Source of the DNA: Macrostomum lignano
Taxonomy: Eukaryota
Length of the DNA: 64,000 nucleotides
NCBI GenBank assembly: GCA_002269645.1
Contig: NIVC01000606.1
Location: 186,001-250,000 of the forward strand
Reading direction: 5' to 3'
In this document: piece by piece, positions 39,150 to 50,616 of the stretch
Position numbering within the stretch: position 1 is the stretch's first letter
Layout of the letters: each line of letters opens with the position of its first letter
Position numbers and translations under genes: made by a program
Notes under the pieces: model-generated
Told to the model about the DNA's origin: nothing
Databases searched by the model: none
What the model saw: only the letters and a program-made list of their open reading frames with translations

Positions 39150-41640
39150 GTCCGCTTCGGGATAAATCGTGCGCCGGCTGCTTTTTATAAGGTGCTATCG
39201 AAAGTGCTGGAGAAGATCAAGGGCGTCGTGCACTATATCGACGACATCGTGGTCAACTCAGCGACCAGAAGTGAGCACGATAAGGCTGTCCAGGCAGTCC
39301 TGGAGCGTCTCAAGAAGCGCAAATCACGCTGAACCTAGAGAGCTCTGAGTCAGTAGGCCAGAGACCGCGTGGAGTTCCTTGGCTGTGTTCTCAGCAGTGA
39401 GGGCCTCCTGCCGATCACATCCAACGTGGACGCCATCACAAACATCAAAAGTCCAAAGTGTCAGAAGGAAGTCCGGCCGTCTCGTTTCTTGGCATGGTGA
39501 AGTTCTATGACCACTTATTTGACAACCTGTCGACAGTGGCTCCGTTGCTGCAGCTACTGCGGAAGGACGCGCCATGGCAATGGACGGCGAAGCAGCAACA
39601 GGCATTTGAGTCTCTGAAGTCGATGATCGTGTCGCCACCATGCCTGAAGTTTTTCAACACCGAGCACCGCACGATCGTCGCCTGTGACAGCTCAGCTACA
39701 GCAATTGGCGCAGTCCTCGCCTAAGAAGACGAGCATGGCAACTGCCGCCCCTGGCCTTCGCATCAAGAACGCTGAACGCGGCAGAACGCACGTACTCGGC
39801 CTCCGAGCGCGAAGCTCTGGCGTGCATCTTCGCGTGCGAACGATGGAATTTCTTCGGATTCGGCCGAAATTCGAGTTGCAGACGGACCACCGGGCGTTGA
39901 CTACTCTGCTGAGCACCCTCGGCACCGGGCACAGGCCGCTACGACTCCATCGCTGGGCAGACAGGCTGATGGCCTACGACTTCAGCATCAAGTACATCGC
40001 TGGGAAAAGCAACACCGTCCCAGACTTTCTGTCCCGATGCCAGCCCGATGAAGCTGAAGTCGACGACAACAGCCTCTGTGGCGATCAGGCTGTCAATGCG
40101 ATCCTCCTGTCTGGAGTACTCAACCTGGTGTCCGTGGACACCAGCCGCAACCCGCGAAGACACCGTTCTGCAACAGGTGATCCAGATGGCCAGAATCAAG
40201 CAAGCAACTGGAAGCGGAGCTGCTACCTTTCTGGAAGGTCCGCGGTGAGCTGTCAACGTGGAACAACGGCAGCTGCCTGGCCAAAGGCGCCAGGGCAGTC
40301 ATTCCACTGGCGCTGCAAGAGACAGTGCTGAACCTGGCTCACTTCGGTCACCTTGGCATTAGCCGGACAAAGCAGCACTACCGAGAAGCTGTTTGGTGGC
40401 CGAACTTTGATCGAGGCGTCGAAGACTTCATCAAGAATTGCAAGCCATGCGCCGTGAGTGAGAAATCATTTAAGCCTCCAAGGGTGCTGCTCACACCGAC
40501 GAGGTGCAAATTGAGGTGCAAATTGACATCTTCGGAGAGCTGACGGCTCCGGCGCTGCAGACCTGTCGGTTTGTCCTGGCAGTTCACGATTTGCACTCCA
40601 AGTGACCAGAGTTCGCCTGCCTGCCATCTGTGACGGCATCGCAAGTCATCAGCGCCCTTAAGTCACTCTTCGCCAGATGGGGACTCCCGAAGCTCATCAA
40701 TACATAGGGACGGTAGACCGCAGTTCACGTCCACCGAGTTCGAGGAGTTCTTCAAAGGCCACGGCATCGAGAACCGCAGGTCGCCAGCCGATTATCCTCA
40801 GGGGAATTCCGGCGTTGGGCGTCTGAACAGGTTCCTCAAGGAGGGGCTGAAGAGCCAACTGGCTGACGGCTACGAGTTCAAGGACGCCATCTGGATGCTG
40901 CTGTAGTCCTACAGGGCGACTCCGCACGCGCTTGCTGGCGTCTCTCCGGCCGAGCTGATGCTAGGGCGAAATATGACGACCCCGCTCTTGAAGCTGAAGC
41001 CGAGCCAACCGAGAGTTCATCCAGCGGCCGCAGGCATCCGAGATCGACAGAGGCTGAACCTGGAGACTCGAAATCAAGGCCGGGTGCCGCCGCCGCAGTT
41101 CGCACCTGGTGAGAAAGTGCGCGTTCGACGGCCGCAGGCTCGCGGCAAGCTGGCCAGTCGGGTGTCCGAGCCAAGGACGGTCGCTGCGATGTGCAGCCCC
41201 ACAATCTTCAAACTCGACGACGGCTCCCGCTGGCATGTTACAGCACTGATGCGGGCGCCGGGCGTCGGCGAAGGAGTCGCGAAAGCGTCGGCGAAGGAAA
41301 GAGCAGGACGATGCACGGGTAACTGACGGCCAGAGCACCGACCCACCCATCAACGCCGACGACCAAGGAGAGCCACCGGCAGTGAGGAGGAGCGGCCGAA
41401 CCACGGCGCCGCCAGACGGGTTCGGCAACCTGGTGACCTACTGAGTGAGGGTGATGGGTAGTGACAATGGACAAATGGAATTTTGGGGGAGGGAAGGTGG
41501 ATGTTGTGACTTGCGTTGCTGTATAACGTACAAAGTGTCTGAGACATGCGTGTCCGCTGAGTCACACAACCTTTAGACTCGCTCTGTCAGTTTGTACCCG
41601 CGTTTCCCTGCTCCACCATCAATGTAAAGCAGGAACCTGC
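39150..41640 (+). mobile_element. Degenerate Ty3/Gypsy retrotransposon: RT-RNase H-integrase plus start of the 3' LTR
   Basis: YIDD near 39235; VACDSSATAIGAVL and QTDHRALTTL (RNase H); HFGHLG...CKPC (integrase zinc finger); PPT ggggagggaaggtgga followed by TGTTGTG at 41502. Many frameshifts. Confidence 0.93.
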
Positions 41641-41699
41641 TATGTCCGGTGAGGATTGAGGAGGCCGCCAAGGGCCAGGAATTAAAATAGTGTGCTTTG

Positions 41700-42355
41700 C
41701 ATTGCTTTTCTGCCGAGGCGCTGGCGGGCAGGTAACGGAGCTTCCGCGCTGTCAGCAGTTCGTCTACCTCGGCGGTCTGGTACCTGACGTCCGCGAAGAT
41801 TTGCGGCGTCGCCGCGGGCTCGCTTGGGTTGCCTTTCGCTCTGTGAGGGCGGTCCTGCAGTCCGAGACCCTACCTGACCGCCAGAGGGCGGCGCTGTTCC
41901 AGGCGGTGGTCTAGACCGTTCTGTTGTACAACGCCGAGATCTGGACGCTGACGGATTCGCTCGAACAGCAAGTCAACGCGGCGCACGCTGGCCTGCTGCG
42001 CGCCGCCTTTATGATCAGGGACGAGCGGATCACTAATGCGGCACTCTATCGCCGCGCCGGCCTGGCCCGTCCAAGTGAACTGCTGCGACTTCGGCGACTC
42101 CAGCTGACAGGCCACATCATCCGCGCCGAGTCCTACTGCCCGCAGCCGGTGCAGGAGGTGCTGCTGCTAACGCTGCAGGCACCCTACCGGCGCGGCCAGG
42201 CCCGAACTCGGCGTTACGTTGACTGCCTGCTGGCCGATGCTGGCGCCCCGGACTCTGCCGGCGGTGCGGCCTTTGTTCGCGCCCAGGCTCTGAAACGTGC
42301 CCTGTGACGCTGCTTTTTTCCACCTGACAGCGTACTTTGTTGTTGTTGTTGTTGT
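41700..42355 (+). mobile_element. 5'-truncated non-LTR retrotransposon (RTE-like) 3' fragment
   Basis: FVYLGG, VLLYNAEIWTL and RRLQLTGHIIR are post-RT motifs; ends in a (GTT)n tail. Confidence 0.8.
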
Positions 42356-42879
42356 TTTGATCCCGAATGGGGGACAAGGGTTGTTTCTTTGGAGACACAG
42401 TCAAAGAACCTGCCTCTCTTCTGAGTCTTCATTTTGTCCCCTGCACAGATAGAACAGCTCTCTCAAACCTCAATCCCATCTGACATTGTCCATCACTGTA
42501 CGGTGTATTTTTAAGAAGTCATGAATTCATTTTTTATAATGGATCACTCCTACTAGCAAAATAGTATCATAGCCTCCCGGTACATGTCAACTACTAGCTG
42601 AGAAGAGCAAAGGATAAATTTGTACTTTCTAGCTTAACCACTTACCTACGACAGAATACCTTCCCCACATCCCTACGCTCGTATCTTACCAGATCGGCAA
42701 GACAATTTTGATTCTGCGCTGTATACTTTGAATTCCAAAACAGTTGCTACATTATGCACAAACAAGAAAACCCTTTCTCAACAGGAGAAGTGACACCTTT
42801 GATTGGAGAATTGTCTATGGCCAAGCTAGAAAAAGTCAAGAGAGAGAAAATACAGGCATGAAAAGTTAACTGAAAGAAT

Positions 42880-43675
42880 TTTTTCACGTGCCTCCTCAGC
42901 TGAACATATGGGAGGTGTGGATCGGATGGATGCCGCAGCCCAGCCTTACAGCGCATGTCGCCGAACACACAAATGGTTCGTAAAGCTGGTGGTATTTCTG
43001 CTACAGCAACTGGTTCGCAACATCTAGGAAAGAAAGCATCTAGGTGGATCGATGAGCTTTCTCAACTACACTGAAAGGTGTGTAAAGCACTTGATTGAAA
43101 GCAGCGGAAATGGTCGATCCAGAGTTAAGCGTCGGGCTCTTCCCCGTCAGTCAGGCGACATCCATCATCACCGGCTGGAAAAGCTACCTGCTACCGCAGT
43201 ACAAGAACGGCATACCAAGCGTAGCCGAGTTTTTTACCAGCGCAGGCTGAAAAAGCGGACCCTTCTGTACCTCTGCCAAAGCTGTGACGGTCAGCCTGAG
43301 CTTTGCCTGAAGCCGTGCTTCTTTGAATGGCGCTCGGCTAACTGATTGTTGAAACCTACTTTTCATTCACTTACACGCAACTTCATCTGCCCGTATGTTC
43401 TTAATATTTACTCTTGTTAGTGCCCACTGCCCACCCCAGAAGACGAACGCAGCAAGCTCAAGAGCAGCAAATGGCGCAGGAACAGCGAGGAGGTCAGGGA
43501 AGGCTGCCATGCACTCCCCCCCGTATATTTCAGACCGATTACGAGAAAATATTCAAGCATTATTGACACCAGTTAGAACGGATCAAAGCAGGATTAAAAG
43601 AGTGACAGGATACGAAAAATTTTTTTTTTCAATTGCAATGCGACAGCGAGGCCAAAGAGCCAACCGCGGGGGATA
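42880..43675 (+). pseudogene. piggyBac (PGBD-like) transposase C-terminal fragment and probable right end
   Basis: MGGVDRMD...RRTHKWFVKL at ~42908, and the Cys-rich tail YLCQSCDGQPELCLKPCFFEW. The terminal gggg-ataa at ~43668 is only tentative. Confidence 0.85.
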
Positions 43676-43798
43676 AAAAAAACCCCGCCACGCAACCCCC
43701 CCCCAACACCGGGGGTGGGGGGAAGCCGCGGGGGAGGGGCAGGGGTGGGCAGCGTACACAAACGCCAGTTAGCGCAGCCCGCGCAAACTAGCCATACC

Positions 43799-44975
43799 CA
43801 TGGATGAATGAATAGAATGGATTGCTATTCTGGCTCTGGCTATTTTCGTTTTTGACTCTTTTGCATCCGGTTCCCCCCCGTGCCTTTTCATTGGTTGATG
43901 ATTGCCATAGACAATTTTCGGCCTTCGCCCCTTTCTTTCGATGCACAAGCGCAAAGAACTGAGAATGTCAGTTACTTGCAGAGAATATCGAGCGCTCGAT
44001 ATTCTCTGGTTACTTGTTTGTCAATTGAAGTTGTTAATTGAAGCAGAGGAATGATAACAAATCCCCTGCAAATTACAACAGTAATGATTTCAGATTTTCA
44101 TGTCGAGGGTGATGATGAGGGTGCGATGACAATGCTACAATAATGGATTACTGGCGATGCTTTATTTGAATTTTACTATTGGAGTTATGAAATTGGTTTT
44201 AAAGTTCTATTTCAACACAAGTAACTTCTATTTCGCCCATCATCATCATCGAGGGAGTACCTTTGTGTGTGCATCACGCATCAAAACTTGTGGTACACGA
44301 TTCTATTAACGTACATGACAACACAGACTGTTAGAATGGTGAAATTGAGTGAAATTGGAACAGGAAAACAACACACATATACGATACCAGTAACGATGAG
44401 AACAGACTGTTAGAATGATTAAATCATATGAAATTAGAGTCGGAACACTACAGCCCAATGTTAGGAGCACAGGACAATCTTTAGCTGTTACTGGCCGAGA
44501 AAGAGAATACTGAGCTCTTTGTCAAGACAAACTGCGGTGCCATCTTCACATTGCTCATCCATTCGGTCAGTTGAAGTGGAGATTTGACAGGAAAAGAAAA
44601 GAAGCTGATATTCACTCCAGTGTCGTCCCGCATCCCTGACTTGGATAGACATCCTAGTGCAGCACAGTAGCGCTTTGAGCCATTAGGCATGGTAGTGATA
44701 AAAGTAAAATAAGCAGTGAGTAAACAACAACAACAAGCGCAAAGAACTGATTTTATTGTAGACGAATCGACTCTTGAATCGTGCTTGTAGGTCTTCCCCC
44801 TTTATTTCAAAACACGAGCGAAAGCGCTTGTGCATCGAAAGAAAGGGGCGAAGGCCGAAAATTGTCTATGGCAATCATCAACCAATGAAAAGGCACGGGG
44901 GAACCGGATGCAAAAGAGTCAAAAACGAAAATAGCCAGAGCCAGAATAGCAATCCATTCTATTCATTCATCCATG
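43799..44975 (-). mobile_element. Non-autonomous P-superfamily (P/Galileo-like) element, 1,177 bp, with a THAP-only ORF
   Basis: TIRs 43799-43952 and 44824-44975 begin CATGGATGAATG. Perfect 8-bp TSD GCCATACC at 43791-43798 and 44976-44983. Internal THAP ORF at 44690..44481. Confidence 0.85.
44481..44690 (-). pseudogene. THAP zinc-finger domain, truncated before the final C-x-x-H
   Basis: YCAALGC...FFSFP...W; a VPTL-like THAP terminus occurs downstream in another frame (~44430). Confidence 0.75.
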
Positions 44976-45159
44976 GCCATACCTGCAATGTATGCCATTT
45001 CCTATTGACACATGGCCAAGCATTCTTAAATTGCTGACACTATTCATTGTCTATGGCCAAAAAGCAATCCTTCACCAATAACGCGACTGTGCTGTAAATT
45101 CCAAGCCGTGCTGTAAATTCCAAGCCGTGCTGTAAATTCCCGCACGTATTCAACTTATT

Positions 45160-46070
45160 AAATTTATTTAATTCTACCTGAGCTACTGGTCTAATTCTAC
45201 CTGAGCTAATGAGCTAATCCTGCCTAAGCTACTGTCTCAGTACCTGAGCTACTGACCCAATTCTACCTGAGCTACTGAGAAAATTCTACCTGAGCTACTG
45301 ACCCAATTCTACCTAAACTACTGGTTTAATTCTATCTGAGCTACTGACCCAATTCTATCTGAGCTACTGACCCAATTCTACCTGAGCTACTGAGAAAATT
45401 CTACCTGAGCCACTGACCCAATTCTACCTGAGCTACTGGTCTAATTCTACCTGAGCTAATGAGCTAATCCTGCCTAAGCTACTGTCTCAGTACCTGAGCT
45501 ACTGACCCAATTCTACCTGAGCTACTGAGAAAATTCTACCTGAGCTACTGACCCAATTCTACCTAAACTACTGGTTTAATTCTATCTGAGCTACTGAGAA
45601 AATTCTACCTGAGCTACTGAACCAATTCTACCTGAGCTACTGGTCCAATTCTACCTGAGCTACTGAACCAATTCTACCTGAGCTACTGGTCCAATTCTAC
45701 CTGAGCTACTGAACCAATTCTACCTGAGCTACTGGTCCAATTCTACCTGAGCTACTGACCCAATTCTACCTAAACTACTGGTTTAATTCTATCTGAGCTA
45801 CTGACCCAATTCTACCTGAGCTACTGAACCAATTCTACCTGAGCTACTGGTCCAATTCTACCTGAGCTACTGGTCCAATTCTACCTGAGCTACTGGTCCA
45901 ATTCTACCTGAGCTACTGACCCAATTCTACCTGAGCTACTGAACCAATTCTACCTGAGCTACTGACCCAATTCTACCTGAGCTACTGAACCAATTCTACC
46001 TGAGCTACTGAACCAATTCTACCTGAGCTACTGAACCAATTCTACCTGAGCTACTGAACTAATTCTATCA
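45160..46070. repeat. 23-bp minisatellite (GAGCTACTGACCCAATTCTACCT)n
   Basis: About 39 units with a ~250-bp higher-order duplication, between the P-like element and the Crypton. Confidence 0.95.
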
Positions 46071-46405
46071 GCCGAGGTACCGAAATTTAGGACTGAAACT
46101 TACATGTTCGCAGGCAAAAATATTTTCCATTGCTGTTGTCACTTAATTAAAATAAATTATAAAGCCCTCTTATCCCTCTTATAGTCCATGCGTGCGGTAA
46201 ATTCCAATCTATCTATCTATGGCTAAAACCAGAAGAATGCTTTGCCAAGACTATTTACGCACTCGAAACCTAGAGATAAATCTACCAATGTTGCACGCTC
46301 CAAATATGTCTATGGCCCAAAGATCTGGGCAGTTTAGAGCAGTGAAGAGACGGGCAAGGCCAAGCCAAGCGAGGTCAGCGAGTTTGCGGCCAAAAAGCTG
46401 TCATC

Positions 46406-47962
46406 ATGATTTACGAAGCATCAACGGGCGAGCCTATTGGATTGCTGCATATGTCGCAAGGAGATGTCGTTGGTTTGTCGTCTTCTGAGATTGACGAGCG
46501 AATCTGGCGGGAGGCGACTATGCAAGGCATGCTGGACGATCTGGCTCAGTTGGATGTGAATGAAATCAAGGTGCTGTTAGCTGGTCAAGATCCGGAACGA
46601 GACTTGCTCAGGGAGATGGATGTAATGCAACTCGACACTACGCCAAAGTCAGCTCTGTTGCAAGAAAAGTGGGCACTTCGTAAGTTCAACGAGGTGCTTT
46701 CAAGCGAGGTGCTTTCAGACTACGCCTGCGATCTGAATACAGCCGATATCGAACAGTTAGTCACTGGCTTGCGAATCTTCTATGTTAGCTGGTCAGTTTA
46801 GAGTGAAGAGTTCTACTATGCTTTTGTTCGTAAAATTGACGGTGGCTTCTATGCGCCTGCTTCGTTGATTACCGCTCGAGCTGGTGTTTTCCGCTATTTG
46901 CTGCGTGTCCGTGACGTTAATATTATCGAGGATCCGCGCTTTGCAAAGGCCAACATGCAATTGAAGGCTACAGCCGCCATGTTCATCAGATCAGGCGGCA
47001 CCGTCAGATAGTTCTGCGCCTTGGAGACAGAGGATCTAGAAAAGCTGCGCCGCTACTTCGATCGAAGTAGCCCGACCATTTTGCAGCAGGAGGTCTACTA
47101 TGTATTAGCCTTGCAGTTTGGCTTGCGTGGACGCGAATGGTTCCGTAAGCTAACTACGGATTCTATTGAGAGATGCAACATCAATGGGCGACGCACATTC
47201 AGGCTGGCATCAATGGAAACCAAGACTGTTCGAGGAAGTTTAAAAGCGCGGACCTCAGAAGATAGGAAGCAGAGTGCGATTGTCGAAACCTTTGAAATAG
47301 GATGCCCCTACGAGTGTGTTGAGCTTTACCTGAGCAGGATCGAAGAGGCCAAGAGAAAAGAGGGAGTGTCGAGCTCCGTTGTGTTCATACGTCCCCGAGT
47401 ACGCGGCTTTGCAGAGTCGTGGTATTTTGCTAAGCAGGTTGTAGGCGTCAAGACTCTTGGGAACATGGGGAACATGATGAGTGGCATCTCCAAAGCGGCT
47501 AATTTGAGCAAGATTTATACTGGCCACTGTCTAAGAGTCACCCTGGCAACCGAGTTGAGTGCAGCTGGAGTGTCCCTGAGGGATATCAGCGCTGTAACGG
47601 GACACAAAACTGAAACAGCTGCACAAAGGTACATTCGGAACAGCAGAAAGCGTGACGGAGAGATGGCTGGGCTGTCTGTAAGGATCAGTTCCATCGGCGA
47701 GGAAAAGAGCGCAAGGATAGAGATCCCGCACGACGAGGTGCGTGTGCCGACGCCCGGCTCAGAGGTACCGGCTGATGCGTTGCTACCGGAGACCAGTGCT
47801 CAGGCCGATGTGCGACAGCAATCATCTACAGCCACGAGGGCTAGAACGGCAGATGCAAACGTTGGCTACAGCTATATCGGGCACATTCAACAACTGCCAA
47901 TTCCACGCGCATATTTCGAACATGCCTTGATCCGGCGTACAGCTTGGACCGATTTATACTAA
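46406..47962 (+). mobile_element. Crypton-type tyrosine recombinase (DUF3504-like); one frame with two internal TAG stops
   Basis: VRKIDGGFYAPASL...RAGVFRYL; catalytic R (FGLRGRE), HxxR (GHCLR), H (TGHK) and Y (QRY). Stops at 46799 and 47009 are in frame with both track ORFs. Confidence 0.88.
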
Positions 47963-48018
47963 ATCCGTTGATTGTTTTGTTCATATTAGGTTTTTATAAA
48001 TGTTACAAACTTGTTTTC

Positions 48019-48152
48019 TCATATTAAGTTTTTATAATGTTCAACTGCTAAATATAGCATTAAGTAGTTAGTTCAGACGTTGGCTTCGGCCAGACATTCA
48101 AAGCGTGCAACAATCTGGCTTGATTGCTATACCCCTAAAAACCCCTCCAAAA
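48019..48152. repeat. ~135-bp inverted repeat, left copy (partner at 50304-50448)
   Basis: Near-identical to the reverse complement of the partner. Confidence 0.93.
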
Positions 48153-48409
48153 TGATACAATGCGTTATGGCTCTATTTCTAGCATACCTATGGTGTTTGG
48201 TAGCTAAATAAGAATTAATTCAGACAGTTATTTTCTTCACCGAATTACTTCATCAAATATTGTTTGCTGTCACGCTGATCGATCGCTGCAGCAGATACAT
48301 GCATTTAGAACACGCAAATTTGAATGTTTGAATTTCAATATATAGAGTACAATTCTTTATCACCAGGCTGGAGTTGATCGTCGTTTGTGTAGGCAGCGCC
48401 TACTATCAT

Positions 48410-50097
48410 TGGCGTTGGGTTGTTTGTTAGCGGCTGCGCCGCGTGACTCAATCGCTATATATACATATATATATCTTCCCCCTGCGCAAGTACAATATCA
48501 AATGTGCATGATGCGACTTTAGCCACCACCCTGACTCAGTTCAATTCAGCCAATAAAATATACTGATCGCTATTATTCTCGCCTGCAAGCTTTCGGCAAC
48601 TATCGACAACAAGCGTGCAGTCTAGTCTCGTTTCACTCGCTACAGTGGCATGGCAAAGCAACCGCACCCAACGCGGAATGGTCACAAATTACATCGCTCT
48701 AACGCCTCCTGAATACATTTGTCATCTCCGACGAACCTCACAATGCTGGCAAGCGCTGTCATGAATAGGCAGTGCGCTTCACAGACTTTATCAAGGCGTC
48801 CGGAGTTGCAAATGAGAACCAGAAGTGCAAGCTGCTCTGCTACACTGCCGGAAAGGAGCTCTCGGGCATCGTTCGCGAGCTGCCAAAGCTTTGGGTTGTA
48901 GGTGAACAGGAGGAGCACACACGGGTCAGCATATTTGATGGACTGAAGCGCCATTTCGACGACAGGAAAACATCGTTTTCGAGAGATACCAATGTTCTCT
49001 AAAGCGTCCAACAATAATCGGCCGTGAAAAATCGAGGCAGCTGCATGGTACAGCAGACTGCGGACGGCAGCCGAACCTTGCGAATTTAATTCACTCAGCT
49101 CGTCGCGACATGCACCTCCGACAAACTGCGCAGACGACCACATGTACTCCAAGAAGCAGACGTCACGTACGTTGGACGATGCCCTGCGGAAGGCCAGAGC
49201 ATTCGAATCTGCGGAAGAGCAGGCTGCTGAGATGAAGAAGACCCCCGACGCCTAGGTACAAATGTAGGTAGCGTAGCCAGGAGCAGCAAAGCAGCGACAG
49301 GCAGACGCGGATCCGCCAGCAAACCGAGATCAAAGCCGAGCCAGTTGCCGACCTGCTACCGCTGCGGCGAGCGCGGCCACGCCACCTGCGACGCAGCCAT
49401 ATGCAGGGGCAATATCTGCAACAACTGCGATAAGCCAAATCAACATGGCCAAGGCGTGTCGTCAACCGCACTCAGCCGGCAGCAGAGTCCCGCAGCAGAT
49501 CCACGTCAACGCAGACTGCACGGTCCCCGACGCTGTCGCCAGCGAAGACCTGTTCACCCTGCACAGAGACGGCACCTTCCCGGGTGAGGAAGTGGGAAGT
49601 CGGTAGCTCTCGATGCTGATCGACAGCGGCGCCAGCTGCAGCATACATGTAATGAGCAGCCGCACTTTTAAGACGCTCAATTGGCCTCACCTGCGAGCTC
49701 CATTGTCGGAAGTCAGAGCCTACAGAGCTCTGTGCACCACTCAATATTTTAGGAATCGCCGACCTGGAAGTTCAAGTCGGAGCAGCCAGTACCGTCGTCC
49801 CCTTCCACATCATGGATGGCGATGGTCGCACAATACTCGGTTGCAATCCCGCATTCAGGCTCGGAGATCTCAAAACTCAGCACCCGGAGTTCAGTGGACG
49901 CCAATTAAGCAGCACCTGCACCACGACAGACTAGACGCCTGTCTTCACCACCTCCGCGAATTCAGCAGCGTCACGCTGAACAAGGACAAGTGTAAGTTCG
50001 CCAAACCGGGGGTCGAATTTCTCGGGATGCACCTGTCAGACAAGGGCATCCAACCAGCTGCTGAGAAAATTTGCGCAATTGTTCATTCTTTTGATTG
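48410..50097 (+). mobile_element. Internally deleted Gypsy fragment (putative LTR, gag, protease, RT piece)
   Basis: CYRCGERGH zinc knuckle, LIDSGASC protease, and VTLNKDKCKFAKPGVEFLG from the RT thumb/connection region. Confidence 0.85.
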
Positions 50098-50303
50098 ACC
50101 ATAGACAAATTTGAAGTCGAAGGGAAAGCGATTTTAGACAGAATCATGTCTTACTTAACCAGATGGAATACATGTATGTCATAGCGAAGAAACTGCTTGT
50201 ATATCATTCTGCGTCACAACGGAAGAATGGCTATATCGTGCACCAATGTTTTTGACCGAGGGCGCGTAGCTACTAGCTAAAACAGCTAAAACAGTTACTA
50301 CAT

Positions 50304-50448
50304 CATTGTATCATTTTGGAGGGGTTTTTAGGGGTATAGCAATCAAGCCAGATTGTTGCACGCTTTGAATGTCTATGGCCGAAGCCAACGTCTGAGCTAA
50401 CTACTTAATGCTATATTTAGCAGTTGAACATTATAAAAACTTAATATA
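50304..50448. repeat. ~135-bp inverted repeat, right copy
   Basis: Reverse complement of 48019-48152; cut off by the MITE at 50449. Confidence 0.93.
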
Positions 50449-50616
50449 TGGCGCAACCAGAAATTTGGGAGCGGATTCTAAAGAGGGTAAAAGAACCAAA
50501 AGGACCGGGGGCGGAGGGGATGGCTCTAAATTTTGGCGAATATGCGCTTGGTCCGCCTTTCATTTTTCAGGTCTCCGCCAAAAAGGTGGCGGTCCCCGCC
50601 CCTCCTAGTTGCGCCA
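50449..50616. mobile_element. 168-bp MITE with short TIRs TGGCGCAAC / GTTGCGCCA
   Basis: Inverted termini are visible; no TSD identified. Confidence 0.55.

Noticed and set aside
46799-47011. TAG reassignment or programmed readthrough in the Crypton
   Set aside because: A host gene (ILRUN) uses TAG as a normal stop; ordinary nonsense mutation or read error is simpler.
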